Shown here: positions 26,883-37,169 of the stretch, piece by piece
Numbering within the stretch: position 1 is the first letter of the stretch
Layout of the letters: each line of letters begins with the position of its first letter
Assembly: GCA_023953615.1 (NCBI GenBank)
Contig: JAMLJH010000001.1
Location: 473,360-537,359, forward strand
DNA from: Verrucomicrobiia bacterium
GTDB lineage: Bacteria; Verrucomicrobiota; Verrucomicrobiia; Limisphaerales; JADLHS01
Direction: 5' to 3'
Length of the DNA stretch: 64,000 bases
Translations under genes and position numbers: made by a program
Notes under the pieces: model-generated
What the model saw: the letters and a program-made list of their open reading frames with translations, nothing else
Told to the model about the DNA's origin: nothing
Database searches by the model: none

Positions 26883-26959
26883 ACCGAAAGCATGGAAAAA
26901 TCAAGCCGTTGTTGGAAGTTGAAAGTCCGACCGATCGCGCCAGGCAGCCGGTTCAACTG

Positions 26960-26993
26960 AAAAAAGCCGGTCCGCGAAGGCAGGAGAACCGGC
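26960..26993 (-). terminator. Intrinsic terminator after the GH gene 27004..29193
   Basis: On the minus strand: GCCGGT..(16 nt)..ACCGGC followed by six U (plus-strand A run 26960-26965). Confidence 0.6.
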
Positions 26994-27003
26994 CCGCCTC
27001 AGA

Positions 27004-29193
27004 TTACGGCCGCCAATAGGCACGCCAGTATTGTTGCGCTGGCGTGATTGCGTTGGTGAATTCCAATGTAGCGCCGGTAAGCTGATTGGTGGATTGATCC
27101 GTCCAATGATTCAAATTGGTCGAAGTCTGAATGACGTAGCTCGCGCCCGGCTGCCCATGCAACTGGAAGCGAAACGCGCCGGCAGCCGGCGGAACGATCT
27201 CGAGTCGCGGAGCGGCGGGCGTGAACGTGAACAAAGTCAGCGAGAGCCGGGGAAACTCATGCGTAAAACTAGTGCCGACACTGGCAAGCAGATTCGTCGT
27301 GAGATCCTGTTGCGCCATCGGAGCGTTCGTGCGCGCCGCTTCGTCATTGGGAATGCCATAGAACCGTACCGTGGCGGTACTCGCCGGGTCGTAACCCGCC
27401 AGTGAAATGTTGCCGGTCAAATCCGCGGCCAGTGATTTGTTCAACACGAGCAAGGTCAACGACCCATTCTCCCGCCTGACCGCATAAGCGGCGAGCCAGG
27501 GATAATCGCTGTTCGCGCTTACCAGGTGATCGCCTGGTTCCGCCCACAGCCGCATCAATTTGGCCGCGTAAAAAGTGGGGTGCCGTTGGCTCACACCATT
27601 CACGAAACCAAGATCGCCATAGTCGCGCCATCCATACAGGGAACTGTCAAAATTTCCACCGTGATCCGTGCCGTTCCGCAGACACCACCAGACAAAACCT
27701 TGAAATTCGGTTTGCAGCAAACGCCCCAAACTATCGGCGTAATACAAGCCATTGACCAGACTGGTGGATTGGCGACCTTGCGCACCGGAATCGCTGTTAT
27801 TCTCGGTGACGACCAGCTCGATATTGTCACCACCGCTGCCGAAATAATCCTGAATTTGTTGCCGCAGATCGGCGGCGTCCGCCTGCCAGTTTCCCGTGGA
27901 TTGCAGGAGCGTCACGTCGCTCACCGAAGAGTTGCCCGGATTATTCGCATCGGTCCACTCCGGATAATGATGATGGATCAAAAAGTCCGGCGTCGCGCCG
28001 AGGGACTTCAGGGTGGTCAACATGACGGGCGTCCAACCGTTATGCGTCTTTCCGGTGCGCGGATTCAACGCGGGATGATCTGAATATCCATTGGCGGAAG
28101 CATCCTCGCCCGGCACCGCGACCACGCCAATTTTGATGGCCGGATCCGCAGCGCGCATTTGCGCCAGGTATTGAGCGGCGCGCACAGCGTAGGTGTAAGC
28201 GTGATGGGCGGGAACATTCGTATCCGTTTCCCAAGTGCCAAAACATTCGTTGCCAATTTCCCAATACTTGAAACCGAGATGATTCGTTACGTTGGCATGG
28301 CGCACCCAGGCGGCGGCCTCCTCGGGAGTGCCACTGCCATAATTCACCACGACAAAAGCCTGGGCGCCGACATTGGTGGTGACGTGAACCATGTCCGCAA
28401 AAGAGGCCGCCCACTGCCAGGTGTTGTTCAACGTGACATTGGCAGCCCAATGATACTCATCGGAAAGTGAACCGCCGGGCATTCGCACTGCGGTTGCGCC
28501 CATTTCTTGTAACAGCGCCGTGGTGGTGGTGGCGTAAGGCGGATCGAAATACTGGTCCCACATGGTGAGGTTCACGCCAAAGTGCCGCGCGTCAATGGTG
28601 CGGATCGTTGGGGTGGCCTCGACGTTGATGTTGACCTGCTCGGGCACCGGCTCCGGGTCAAATTGAACGTCGTCGAGGTAAAATGTTCCGTTCGCACCCG
28701 CCGCCGTAAGTTGCAGGTTGATCCGATGCAAATTGGTGGCGTTGACGACGCCGAGTGAACTTAGGGGAATCCGATACTGCTGCCAGGCGTTCGCGGGCAA
28801 CGGACTCGGAAGCGTGACCGCCGGCCCATTCGAGTCATCGGAATAACTAAAATAAACCTGCAACTGCTGCCCTCCGGCCGTTCCGCCATGCGCCCAAAAT
28901 GAAAAATGCGTGTAACCGTTGAGATGATAGTCCGAATGGTAAAACGACGCAGCCTGCCATGCGCTCGCCGTCACCCGGATCGAGAATGTGCCGGAATGAA
29001 CGGGGGAAGAGTTATCCAAACTGCGACTGGCCCAGCTCCAATCCTGAAATCCGTTTAGCAGGCTGTCAGTGTAAATGGGCCACGGCAATTGAGCGGGTAA
29101 AGTCGCTGTCGCCAGCCACAGCCCGAGCCAACCTCCTGCGACCGCGCGCCAGCCGCGGCCCCACTCCCAGTATCCCAGTTTGAATAACATCAC
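27004..29193 (-). CDS. Secreted clan GH-A glycoside hydrolase (GH51/GH79/GH39-like) with N-terminal CBM-like domain and C-terminal 'FYRL'-type module
   Basis: 'VRMPGGSLSDEYHW' and 'YWEIGNECFGTWE' (acid/base NE) plus 'LVVTENNS' (candidate nucleophile) fit (beta/alpha)8 clan A enzymes. I cannot assign the exact GH family by eye. Confidence 0.6.
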   Translation of the reverse strand: MMLFKLGYWEWGRGWRAVAGGWLGLWLATATLPAQLPWPIYTDSLLNGFQDWSWASRSLDNSSPVHSGTFSIRVTASAWQAASFYHSDYHLNGYTHFSFWAHGGTAGGQQLQVYFSYSDDSNGPAVTLPSPLPANAWQQYRIPLSSLGVVNATNLHRINLQLTAAGANGTFYLDDVQFDPEPVPEQVNINVEATPTIRTIDARHFGVNLTMWDQYFDPPYATTTTALLQEMGATAVRMPGGSLSDEYHWAANVTLNNTWQWAASFADMVHVTTNVGAQAFVVVNYGSGTPEEAAAWVRHANVTNHLGFKYWEIGNECFGTWETDTNVPAHHAYTYAVRAAQYLAQMRAADPAIKIGVVAVPGEDASANGYSDHPALNPRTGKTHNGWTPVMLTTLKSLGATPDFLIHHHYPEWTDANNPGNSSVSDVTLLQSTGNWQADAADLRQQIQDYFGSGGDNIELVVTENNSDSGAQGRQSTSLVNGLYYADSLGRLLQTEFQGFVWWCLRNGTDHGGNFDSSLYGWRDYGDLGFVNGVSQRHPTFYAAKLMRLWAEPGDHLVSANSDYPWLAAYAVRRENGSLTLLVLNKSLAADLTGNISLAGYDPASTATVRFYGIPNDEAARTNAPMAQQDLTTNLLASVGTSFTHEFPRLSLTLFTFTPAAPRLEIVPPAAGAFRFQLHGQPGASYVIQTSTNLNHWTDQSTNQLTGATLEFTNAITPAQQYWRAYWRP

Positions 29194-29327
29194 GCTTAGA
29201 TTAAATCCTGACCTGAATCGCCAAGACTGACGGCGGGGTCAAGGTGAATCCGCTGCCGGGCTGATTGGCAATCGTCTTTCACGACCCGCTCGACTCCCGG
29301 AAATCGCCGCCTCACAAGCCTTGTTCT

Positions 29328-29368
29328 CAAAGGAAAAGCTGGAGCCGTGTCCATCTGACGGCTCCAGC
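29328..29368 (-). terminator. Intrinsic terminator after gene 29395..31458
   Basis: Perfect 10-bp stem GCTGGAGCCG (29338-29347) / CGGCTCCAGC (29359-29368). On the minus strand it is followed by UUUUCCUUUG. Confidence 0.75.
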
Positions 29369-29394
29369 TCAATCCAATCCGACCCAGTCCAACC

Positions 29395-31458
29395 TCACTC
29401 CCAAACTACATTCACTTCAGAACTCGTCGCTTCCGGCATGGTTTCCGACGAGGTATTGGTCGCCGTCACTGTCCAGGTACCGACATTGCCGAATTGCATC
29501 ACCTGCTCCAAGGTGCCATTCACCAGAGAAGCATCCACCGGGAAAACCGCGTACTCATCGGAACTGGTCAGATGAATCGAACCCGTGGCGTTCCGAACGA
29601 TATGGAACGTGTCATCCACGGCATTGATGGTCACGGTGGTGAAGTCGCCAAACAACACCGGAGTCGGCGTGCCGGCCTTGCCCGTCGGAGTGTTGGGAGC
29701 ATTGGTTTCACCCGGTAACAACACCTGCAATTGCGTGGCCTTCCGTTTGATCAATCGGAAGAACGCGGCGTTCCCCGTCGGGATCTCGTCTCCGGCCACC
29801 AACTGCGCCCGCACTCCGTTCATTGAAAGGACCGGCCCGGTGGCGGGATCCGTCCAGGCCGCTGGGTTCGCCAGATTGTCGCTAATCTGAAGATTGAAGC
29901 CAGGATCGGGCAACGTCCACGTCACCCAACTGGCCGCCGGATCCGTGATCAAGAACACTCCACTGGGAGAAGGCGAGGCCGAGGTGTTCCAGGTGAAATC
30001 GGTGTCCAGTTCAGTATCCGTCAGGAAATTTTCCGAATACGGACTGATGGTTCCCGTGATGGCGAAATCCGCAATCACGAGCGCCTGATTGAAGGCATTC
30101 GCATTGTTCGCCTGCAATCCGAGATACACGTAAAATCCGGGGGCCGTCTGTTCGGCAAAGTAATCCACGTTGTATTCGGGCAACGTCATCTCGGCGGTCG
30201 CGCCATTGGGAGCGATCAGAGTGATGGCGGTATCCGAAGTAAATTTGACCTGCCATTGCCCCAGAATCGTGTCGCTGGCGACCTGCCCGAGGAAGCCGGA
30301 TTCCAAATAATTGGGCGTGACTCCATCCCAACTGCCGGGAGCGTTGGTGTAGGCGCCGCGCGTTTCCTCACCCCCGTAATACATCGCTTGTTGGTGATCT
30401 TCGTTGACTTTGTATTGGAACTGCATCACCCCGCTGGTGGCGGAACCTTGCAAGCGAATTTTGACGCAGTTGGTCGCGTTCCAATCCGGCGCGCTATGCA
30501 AATAATCCGGATTGGGCACCAGGAACAGCCACGCTTCGCAATCCACTGAATTGGGGTAACCAGCGATTGTAAACGCATAGGTGACCGGATTCTCCACGGT
30601 GGCCTGCCCCACCCAGCTCAAGCCGTAATCCTGACGAAGCACCACCGATTGGCGATCATACAATCCTCCCGCGCTGGTAAAAATGTTGAGTCCTTTCGTC
30701 GCTGGCGCAGGCAACTGCACCACGGGCGGCGGCGGTTCGGCCTCCGTGCCGGTTAATATGACGTTATCAATCCAAAACCGCGCTTGGGCGTCATTTTCAA
30801 TCGCCCCGCTATTACTGACCCACTTGTGAAAAACGATTCCGGTAACACCGTCAATCTGACTCTGCGATTTATTGATGGGAATCTTGATATGCACCCAACC
30901 CGTCGCCGCTTCCGCAGGGATGGGAATATTCCCAATCACCGGTGCCAACTGTCCGCCGGGTCCGCCGCACAAAGCCACGTCCAAGTTCTTGATTCCTCCC
31001 AGACTCCCCTGCCCACTCTGCAGAATGTTCTGTCCCAGTTGATTCGTAGCATCAGGCGCAATGGTGCTGTAATCATTAAACTGGCCAATGGTTAAATCCG
31101 AGGTGTTATCCCATTTGAGGTCGAATTCCAGATTATCGTAACTGGAAAAATTTAGGGTTTCACCGCCATTCCACCACGGATTGCCAAATTTGCATATCCA
31201 AGCTGTGGTCGGTGTATCCTGCCCTTGGGTCAACACCGTCGTAATCAACAACGCGCCGGGTTCCAAGCCTTCATTCCCGTCCCAAGCAAATTGCCCGGGA
31301 CCCCATTCATTCCCCCAGTGGTTGGCTGAATCATCCACCTCGAACGTCTGGATGACATTGGTGACGGACATTTGCGCCCAAGCCGGGCCAGCGCCCACCA
31401 TCAGGGACAACGCAGCCCAACCAAGACAGATACGTCGTTGGATCGAGTTTATTTTCAT
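29395..31458 (-). CDS. Secreted CBM-like domain protein of unknown function with an internal 'FYRL' module
   Basis: Signal peptide 'MKINSIQRRICLGWAALSLMVGAGPAWA'. The N-terminal ~230 aa look like a carbohydrate-binding beta-sandwich ('..ARFWIDNVILTG'). Module '..WVTWTLPDPGFNLQISDNL..AAFFRLIKRK' lies at nt ~29740-29931. Confidence 0.55.
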   Translation of the reverse strand: MKINSIQRRICLGWAALSLMVGAGPAWAQMSVTNVIQTFEVDDSANHWGNEWGPGQFAWDGNEGLEPGALLITTVLTQGQDTPTTAWICKFGNPWWNGGETLNFSSYDNLEFDLKWDNTSDLTIGQFNDYSTIAPDATNQLGQNILQSGQGSLGGIKNLDVALCGGPGGQLAPVIGNIPIPAEAATGWVHIKIPINKSQSQIDGVTGIVFHKWVSNSGAIENDAQARFWIDNVILTGTEAEPPPPVVQLPAPATKGLNIFTSAGGLYDRQSVVLRQDYGLSWVGQATVENPVTYAFTIAGYPNSVDCEAWLFLVPNPDYLHSAPDWNATNCVKIRLQGSATSGVMQFQYKVNEDHQQAMYYGGEETRGAYTNAPGSWDGVTPNYLESGFLGQVASDTILGQWQVKFTSDTAITLIAPNGATAEMTLPEYNVDYFAEQTAPGFYVYLGLQANNANAFNQALVIADFAITGTISPYSENFLTDTELDTDFTWNTSASPSPSGVFLITDPAASWVTWTLPDPGFNLQISDNLANPAAWTDPATGPVLSMNGVRAQLVAGDEIPTGNAAFFRLIKRKATQLQVLLPGETNAPNTPTGKAGTPTPVLFGDFTTVTINAVDDTFHIVRNATGSIHLTSSDEYAVFPVDASLVNGTLEQVMQFGNVGTWTVTATNTSSETMPEATSSEVNVVWE

Positions 31459-31687
31459 AATTTTGAGTTTATTAGGTTCGGAGTGTTTATCGCAAAATTA
31501 GTTCTACCGGCGACGAAATACATTCCACATCAACCGGGCGGCCAACTCCTAGCGCGGCCTCCTCCAGTTCAATCCTGGTCCGTCTCGGTGCTTTCATCGT
31601 CGTTATCCTAACCATCCGCCTCCGCACGTCACGTCATTAAAAGTCATTACAAGCATCAATCACCAAACCGCCCCGGCGATCGGCGCT

Positions 31688-32641
31688 TCAATCACCGGTG
31701 GCAATGGTCCACATCCCCCGAGGCGCACTCAAGGTTCCGGTACCAATCGTCTCCCCCACTTTTTGGGCCTGGACGTGCCCGTCATGGAACAAGTAGTTAA
31801 ATCGTTCGCCATGCGCCTTGTACAAAGCGGTGCCTTGGTTGACGCCGCCGGTCGCCGTTGGGTCCTGCGAGGGATGGCTCGGGTCCATCTGATGCAGCGT
31901 GGACCCGTTCTGACTCGGCCCGAGACTGATGGAGGGCCAGACGTTGCCCACCGCGCCCTGCCCGTTGGCCTGTTCCACCAACAAGAGGGTGCCGGCGGCA
32001 TCCTTTACCACGGAGGTCTTGTAACTCTTTGCGTTCCAATCCGGCAAGTTGGACGCCGGCAACCCCGCGTCCTGCCAGTAAATCCCGACGCCGCGGTTCA
32101 CCCGGGGCAGAGGATACGATTGGTTGCGGGTGCTGATCTGGTAGTCCACCGACCAATTGGGGCCGGCGGCGTTCATGGAATACGAACGCACGCCGGAAGC
32201 GGTCTCGGTTATCCACCACACTTTAGCGCCGCGATCCGCCGGGCAGCGCTCAATTTTTGGCGCCAGCGCCACGTCCACGATGCCCTGGTTCAAATCCGCT
32301 TCCGCAGCTCGTCCGCCGAGATATTGATAGATGTAGGTATCCCAGGCGAGTTGCCCGCGCGCCGCCTCGTAAGCCGCCGGGGGAAACATCTCCTCGCGAT
32401 CCAACGTGAACAACAGAATGCCCAAGCCTAATTGTTTGAGTTGCGACACGCATTGAATGCGGTGCGCCTTGGCTTTGGCCTGGGCTAACGCCGGCAACAG
32501 CATGGCCGCCAGGATCGCAATAATCGCGATGACCACGAGTAACTCAATCAATGTAAATGCCGCAGGCCGGACCGCTGACGCCCGCGCCCGTTCCGTCGGG
32601 TGCAAATCAAGAACGGTTCGGTATGATTTCCAGAGTCTCAT
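31688..32641 (-). CDS. Prepilin-type N-terminal cleavage/methylation domain protein, H-X9-DG/DUF1559 family
   Basis: '[45 protein letters not shown]' is a type IV pilin-like leader. C-terminal '[14 protein letters not shown]' is the H-X9-DG motif. Confidence 0.85.
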   Translation of the reverse strand: MRLWKSYRTVLDLHPTERARASAVRPAAFTLIELLVVIAIIAILAAMLLPALAQAKAKAHRIQCVSQLKQLGLGILLFTLDREEMFPPAAYEAARGQLAWDTYIYQYLGGRAAEADLNQGIVDVALAPKIERCPADRGAKVWWITETASGVRSYSMNAAGPNWSVDYQISTRNQSYPLPRVNRGVGIYWQDAGLPASNLPDWNAKSYKTSVVKDAAGTLLLVEQANGQGAVGNVWPSISLGPSQNGSTLHQMDPSHPSQDPTATGGVNQGTALYKAHGERFNYLFHDGHVQAQKVGETIGTGTLSAPRGMWTIATGD

Positions 32642-32970
32642 TATTTTTCATCCACCAAAATCACCCGCATTTCCCGGCTCAACGCATACTTTTTACCCGG
32701 AGGTGGCGGCGGCACGGTGATTTGAGCGTCAGCCATCACCTCCTCAAAACTGCCCGGCCGTTTTTTGGTGGCGATGATCCAGCGACGCACCTCGCGGGTC
32801 AGTTCCGCCAGATTCGCATCCGCATAAGTGCTGGCGGCCTCCGCCGAGGCGCCTTGCGTAGCCAACCCTGATGTCGGCACATCCGCCTCATGCTTGCCGC
32901 AACTGGTGATCCAGACCATCCCACCGGCCACCAGACCGACTCCTAACCATGCATGTTTTCTTTTCATCAA
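32641..32970 (-). CDS. Small lipoprotein of unknown function
   Basis: 109 aa. Lipobox 'VWITSCG'. The stop overlaps the start of the downstream pseudopilin-like gene at 32641. Confidence 0.5.
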   Translation of the reverse strand: MMKRKHAWLGVGLVAGGMVWITSCGKHEADVPTSGLATQGASAEAASTYADANLAELTREVRRWIIATKKRPGSFEEVMADAQITVPPPPPGKKYALSREMRVILVDEK

Positions 32971-32988
32971 CTGCGTGCCAATCCCATG

Positions 32989-33005
32989 CCGATTATCTCA
33001 ATCGG
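32989..33005. promoter_or_regulatory. Short palindrome CCGATT-N5-AATCGG upstream of the lipoprotein/pseudopilin operon
   Basis: It lies 19-35 nt upstream of the start at 32970, in the divergent region shared with the sensor kinase gene. No function is shown. Confidence 0.2.
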
Positions 33006-33257
33006 CCTGCGTTATACAAACATTAGCTGCATCGCCGATCAACCTCACGTCATCAAAACCAATTACAAGGACCGAATCCCAGTCGCAGCGCCAACCCCCC
33101 TATTTTACCGCGAAAGGAATGGACCGTTCCCCCCGACTCGCGATCGCTGCTCCTCCAGAACTTATTCCCACCGAGCCGCCGATACCGCCAACGTGTCGCC
33201 CCAGTATTGTCGGCTTGTGTGCTCCGGCGAATTGCTTTAATTACGTACCGCCCCGAC

Positions 33258-36200
33258 ATGATCGCTCGTTTGATTTCAAGGCCAAAATGGCTCGTGCTGG
33301 ATCGGCGCCACGGCGCGTTCCGGGGTTGGAAATTCATCGGCAATCTCGGCTGGCTGCTCGCGATCAGCCCGATGGTTGCGCAGCCAACGAATGTGTCCTG
33401 GCTGACTTCGGCGAGCGACGCCTACGCCATTCAAACCTGGCGCACGGATGACGGGCTGCCGCAGAACAAAATCACCGCGCTGCTGCAAACGCAACGCGGC
33501 TACCTCTGGGTCGGCACGTACAACGGCATCGCGCAATTTGACGGCCTCCAGTTTCGCGTCTTCAACGCCTCAAATACGAGGGGCTTGGATAACAGCCAGA
33601 TCACCAGCTTGTACGAGTCGCCCGACGGCACCATCTGGATTGGACACGAATCCGGCGCGGTCTCACGTTACAACGGCGAAACGTTCAGCGCGGTGGCCTC
33701 GCCGAGCAATTGGAGTCGCGCATTGATTCAAGATTTCATCACGGACGAACGCGGACAGGTTTGGGCGCTCAATCAACCGGGAGCCGCGCAGCGCATCCAG
33801 GACGGCCTCATCATCCAGCCGACAACGGCCATGGGCGAAAATCCCTTTGTCGCTCCGCGCACCATTCACAACGAACTGCACGAGGCTTTCGTCCTGAGAA
33901 ACGGGGTTTTGGCCCGACTGAGTCCGAGCGGCTATCAGCTGATCAATTTCGGTGATCCAGCGGAACACCCATACTACGCGGGCGTGACCCGTTCGCGTCG
34001 CGGCGGCTGGTGGGTGGTTGGTGAAGGCCAACTGCGGCAATGGAACGGGCAAACCTGGACCACCAACTACGGTGATCTTTCCTGGCTCAACGCTTCGGTC
34101 ACCGCCATGCACGAAACCGCCTCGGGGAAATTATTGATCGGCACATTGCAACGTGGCTTGTTCATCTTTGACCCCGGCACGGCGCAATGGAGCAGGTTGG
34201 ATCGCACGCACGGTTTGCCACAAGATTGGATTTGCAGCCTGATCGAGGATCGCGAGCAGAACCTCTGGGTGGGCACGGCGGGCGGCCTCGCGGTGCTGCG
34301 CCAGCGGAAAGTGCGCATGCAAAGCCCGCCCGACAACTGGGAGGGCCGCCCGGTCCACGCCATCACGCAAGCGCGCGACGGCAGCGTCTGGGCGGCGAGT
34401 GAAGGCGCTGGAATCTATCGGCTCCACACCAACCAATGGACGCATTTCACCCTGGAAAATCAGTACGCCTGGGCTGTGCTGGCCGACAGCCAGAATCAAA
34501 TTTGGGCCGGCACCTGGGGCGGCGGTTTGTTTCGATTGGAACACGACGCGTTCGTGGCCCAGACCAATCTCATTTCTCCGGCCATTCCGGTGACTGCGCT
34601 CGCGGAATTCCCATCGGGCACCTTGTGGTTGGGGACGGGCAACGGCCTGGCCCGGATGCGCCAGGGACGATTGGAATGGCTCGCTTCACTGGGCGGCGCG
34701 GCGGCGGGTGATGTTCGGGCGATCGAACCCGGACCGGATGGCGCCATTTGGATCGGAGCGCAAGGCGCGGGACTGGGCCGACTCAAGGATGACCATTGGG
34801 AAACTTTCCAAGCTGCGGAAGGTTTCCCCGCCAAGTTTGTTCTCGCCTTGTACGCGGACACCGACGGCACCCTTTGGATCGGCACGCTGGATGATGGCCT
34901 GGGCGGTTACCGCGACGGACGGTTTAGCATCATCAACCGCAGCCAGGGTTTGCCCGCAAACACCATTTTTCACATCGCGGACGATCACGCGGGTCACCTC
35001 TGGTTCAATTCATTGGCGGGACTGTTCCGCCTCGACAAGGAACAGTTGCTCGAATGTGCCGCCGGCCGGCGCAATAACGTATCCGCGCTGGCACTCGGTC
35101 TCACCGAAGGTTTGAGCACGTTGACGGGCACGGGCGGATTCACTCCGTCCGGTTTCCGATCCACCGAGGGACAACTCTGGTTTCCCACCACGCGCGGCAT
35201 GGCCACCATCTCTCCCGCTTCCATTCATTCTGATCCGGTACCGCCGGCAGTGTGGATCGAGGACGTCTCCATTGACGACCAACTCACGACACCAACCGCT
35301 CCGAAGAAATCCTTTCAACTGGGCGGCAAGGCGGCGGTGGCCGCGCGTCAGTTGGTGGTCGTGCCGCCCGGACGACGGCAGTTGGACGTGCAATATACGG
35401 GCTTGAGTTTCATCGCGCCCGAACGAGTGCAATTCAAATACCGCCTCGACGGCTCGGGAGTGGAAGCCGATTGGGTCCCCGCCCACACGCGGCGGCGGGT
35501 GACTTTCAGTTTTTTGCCTCCGGGCGAATACGTGTTTCGCGTGGCCGCACGCAATGGCGACGGGTTGTGGAACGAGGCCGGCGACACGCTGGCGATTCGC
35601 GTGCTGCCATTCTTCTGGCAGACTTGGTGGTTCAAAGTGCTGCTGTTCAGCGCCACCGCAGTGATTCTGGTCGCGGTGGTCTTCCTGGAATCCCGAGGCC
35701 GCCTGCGTCGCCGTTTGGAGCGCATGGCGCGCGAGCGTGAATTGGAACGCGAACGATCCCGCATCGCCCAGGACATCCATGACGACCTTGGCGCGAGCCT
35801 GACACGCATCGGAATGTTGAGCCAGTCGGCGGTGGATGATATGCCCGACGCGGCGCGCGCCACATCCAGTTTGCACCAAATCTATCAAACCGCGCGCGAC
35901 CTGACCCGGGCCATGGACGAAATCGTCTGGGCGGTGAACCCCCGCCACGACACCTTGGACAGCTTGATCAACTACGTCGCCCGATTCGCGCACGATTTTT
36001 TGAGCGCCGCGCAGATCCGCTGTCGCCTGGACACGCCTTTGCAAACTCCGGAAGTGACCGTACGTTCGGAGATTCGTCACAATCTTTTTCTGGCGTTTAA
36101 GGAAGCATTGAACAATGCCGTCAAACACTCCGGCGCCACTGAGGTGCGAGTGAGATTGGAGCTTCCGCCGGATGGTTTGCGGCTTGCAATCATGGATAAC

Positions 36201-36395
36201 GGCGCGGGTCTGGCCTCCGCCAAGCATCCTTCCAACCGCGATCGGGTAAGTTCGGGCTACGGCTTGGCCGGCATTCAAAGCCGGTTGCAACAAATCAATG
36301 GTCACGCGCAAATCCACAGTCCGCCCGGCGGCGGCACGACCGTGGAACTGTATGTGCCTCTCGCCCACGCGGCCACAACCAGACTCGATAAATGA
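33258..36395 (+). CDS. Sensor histidine kinase with periplasmic two-component-regulator propeller (Reg_prop) repeats, Y_Y_Y domain, HisKA_3 and HATPase
   Basis: Repeated 'G.LW.GT..GL' propeller motifs. 'VQFKYRLDG...W' is Y_Y_Y. TM segment 'WWFKVLLFSATAVILVAVVFL'. H-box 'ERSRIAQDIHDDLGASLT'. ATPase domain 'DNGAGL..GYGLAGIQSRL'. Confidence 0.85.
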   Translation: MIARLISRPKWLVLDRRHGAFRGWKFIGNLGWLLAISPMVAQPTNVSWLTSASDAYAIQTWRTDDGLPQNKITALLQTQRGYLWVGTYNGIAQFDGLQFRVFNASNTRGLDNSQITSLYESPDGTIWIGHESGAVSRYNGETFSAVASPSNWSRALIQDFITDERGQVWALNQPGAAQRIQDGLIIQPTTAMGENPFVAPRTIHNELHEAFVLRNGVLARLSPSGYQLINFGDPAEHPYYAGVTRSRRGGWWVVGEGQLRQWNGQTWTTNYGDLSWLNASVTAMHETASGKLLIGTLQRGLFIFDPGTAQWSRLDRTHGLPQDWICSLIEDREQNLWVGTAGGLAVLRQRKVRMQSPPDNWEGRPVHAITQARDGSVWAASEGAGIYRLHTNQWTHFTLENQYAWAVLADSQNQIWAGTWGGGLFRLEHDAFVAQTNLISPAIPVTALAEFPSGTLWLGTGNGLARMRQGRLEWLASLGGAAAGDVRAIEPGPDGAIWIGAQGAGLGRLKDDHWETFQAAEGFPAKFVLALYADTDGTLWIGTLDDGLGGYRDGRFSIINRSQGLPANTIFHIADDHAGHLWFNSLAGLFRLDKEQLLECAAGRRNNVSALALGLTEGLSTLTGTGGFTPSGFRSTEGQLWFPTTRGMATISPASIHSDPVPPAVWIEDVSIDDQLTTPTAPKKSFQLGGKAAVAARQLVVVPPGRRQLDVQYTGLSFIAPERVQFKYRLDGSGVEADWVPAHTRRRVTFSFLPPGEYVFRVAARNGDGLWNEAGDTLAIRVLPFFWQTWWFKVLLFSATAVILVAVVFLESRGRLRRRLERMARERELERERSRIAQDIHDDLGASLTRIGMLSQSAVDDMPDAARATSSLHQIYQTARDLTRAMDEIVWAVNPRHDTLDSLINYVARFAHDFLSAAQIRCRLDTPLQTPEVTVRSEIRHNLFLAFKEALNNAVKHSGATEVRVRLELPPDGLRLAIMDNGAGLASAKHPSNRDRVSSGYGLAGIQSRLQQINGHAQIHSPPGGGTTVELYVPLAHAATTRLDK

Positions 36396-36477
36396 TCCCG
36401 GCCCGCGCCTCATCTTCTCGCCTGTAATGAAAAAGCACTACAATACCCGCGCGCCCCGGCCTGCTATAAATCCACCA

Positions 36478-37125
36478 ATGGCCATCAAGGTTTCCATTGT
36501 GGAGGACGATCCGAAAGCGCGCGAAATTCTCGTGGACTGGATCAACCGCGCCGAAGGCTTCCAGTGCGTGAGTCATCACGGCTCCGGCGAGGACGCGGTG
36601 GCTCACCTGCCGCAGGCCAGACCGGAAGTCATCTTGATGGATATCAATCTGCCGGGCATGAACGGACCGGAATGTGTGCGCCAGCTCAAACCACAGTTGT
36701 CCGAGGCGCAATTCGTCATGCTCACGGTGTATGAGGATTCGGATCACATCTTCCAGGCGCTGCAAGCTGGCGCGGCGGGGTATCTGCTGAAGCAGACGCC
36801 GCGCGCGGGCTTGATCGCCGCGCTGCGCGACGTGCATCAAGGCGGCTCGCCCATGACCGCCAACATCGCGCGCCAGGTGGTGCGCGCCTTTCATCGCCCC
36901 GTGTCGCCACAGCCGGCGTTGCCGGAACTTTCCGCGCGGGAAACCGAGGTGCTGCAATTGCTCGCTCGCGGTTTTTTATACAAGGAAATCGCGGACAACC
37001 TGAACGTCGCGGTGCCCACGGTGAACACTTACATCCGCCGCATTTACGAAAAACTGCAGGTACGCTCCCGCACCGAAGCCGTGGCGCGATTTGCCCATCT
37101 ACCCATCCGCGATGCCGGAGCATAA
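36478..37125 (+). CDS. NarL/FixJ (LuxR-type HTH) response regulator
   Basis: 'VSIVEDDPKAREIL..VILMDINLPGMNG' is the receiver. 'LSARETEVLQLLARGFLYKEIADNLNVAVPTVNTYIRRIYEKL' is the LuxR HTH. The ATG at 36478 is preferred over upstream in-frame starts that overlap the kinase gene. Confidence 0.85.
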   Translation: MAIKVSIVEDDPKAREILVDWINRAEGFQCVSHHGSGEDAVAHLPQARPEVILMDINLPGMNGPECVRQLKPQLSEAQFVMLTVYEDSDHIFQALQAGAAGYLLKQTPRAGLIAALRDVHQGGSPMTANIARQVVRAFHRPVSPQPALPELSARETEVLQLLARGFLYKEIADNLNVAVPTVNTYIRRIYEKLQVRSRTEAVARFAHLPIRDAGA

Positions 37126-37169
37126 GTCTTGATGACGCGGCGCCAAGGGCTGGCCGCCAACCCGACCGC

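Noticed and set aside
35010-36413. 467-aa minus-strand ORF overlapping the sensor kinase.
   Set aside because: It is antisense to the HisKA_3/HATPase region, whose motifs are unambiguous. The translation is low-complexity and Arg-rich.
36298-36477. Upstream extension of the LuxR-type regulator ORF.
   Set aside because: It overlaps the 3' end of the kinase gene. The receiver domain begins at 'MAIKVSIVEDD' (ATG 36478).
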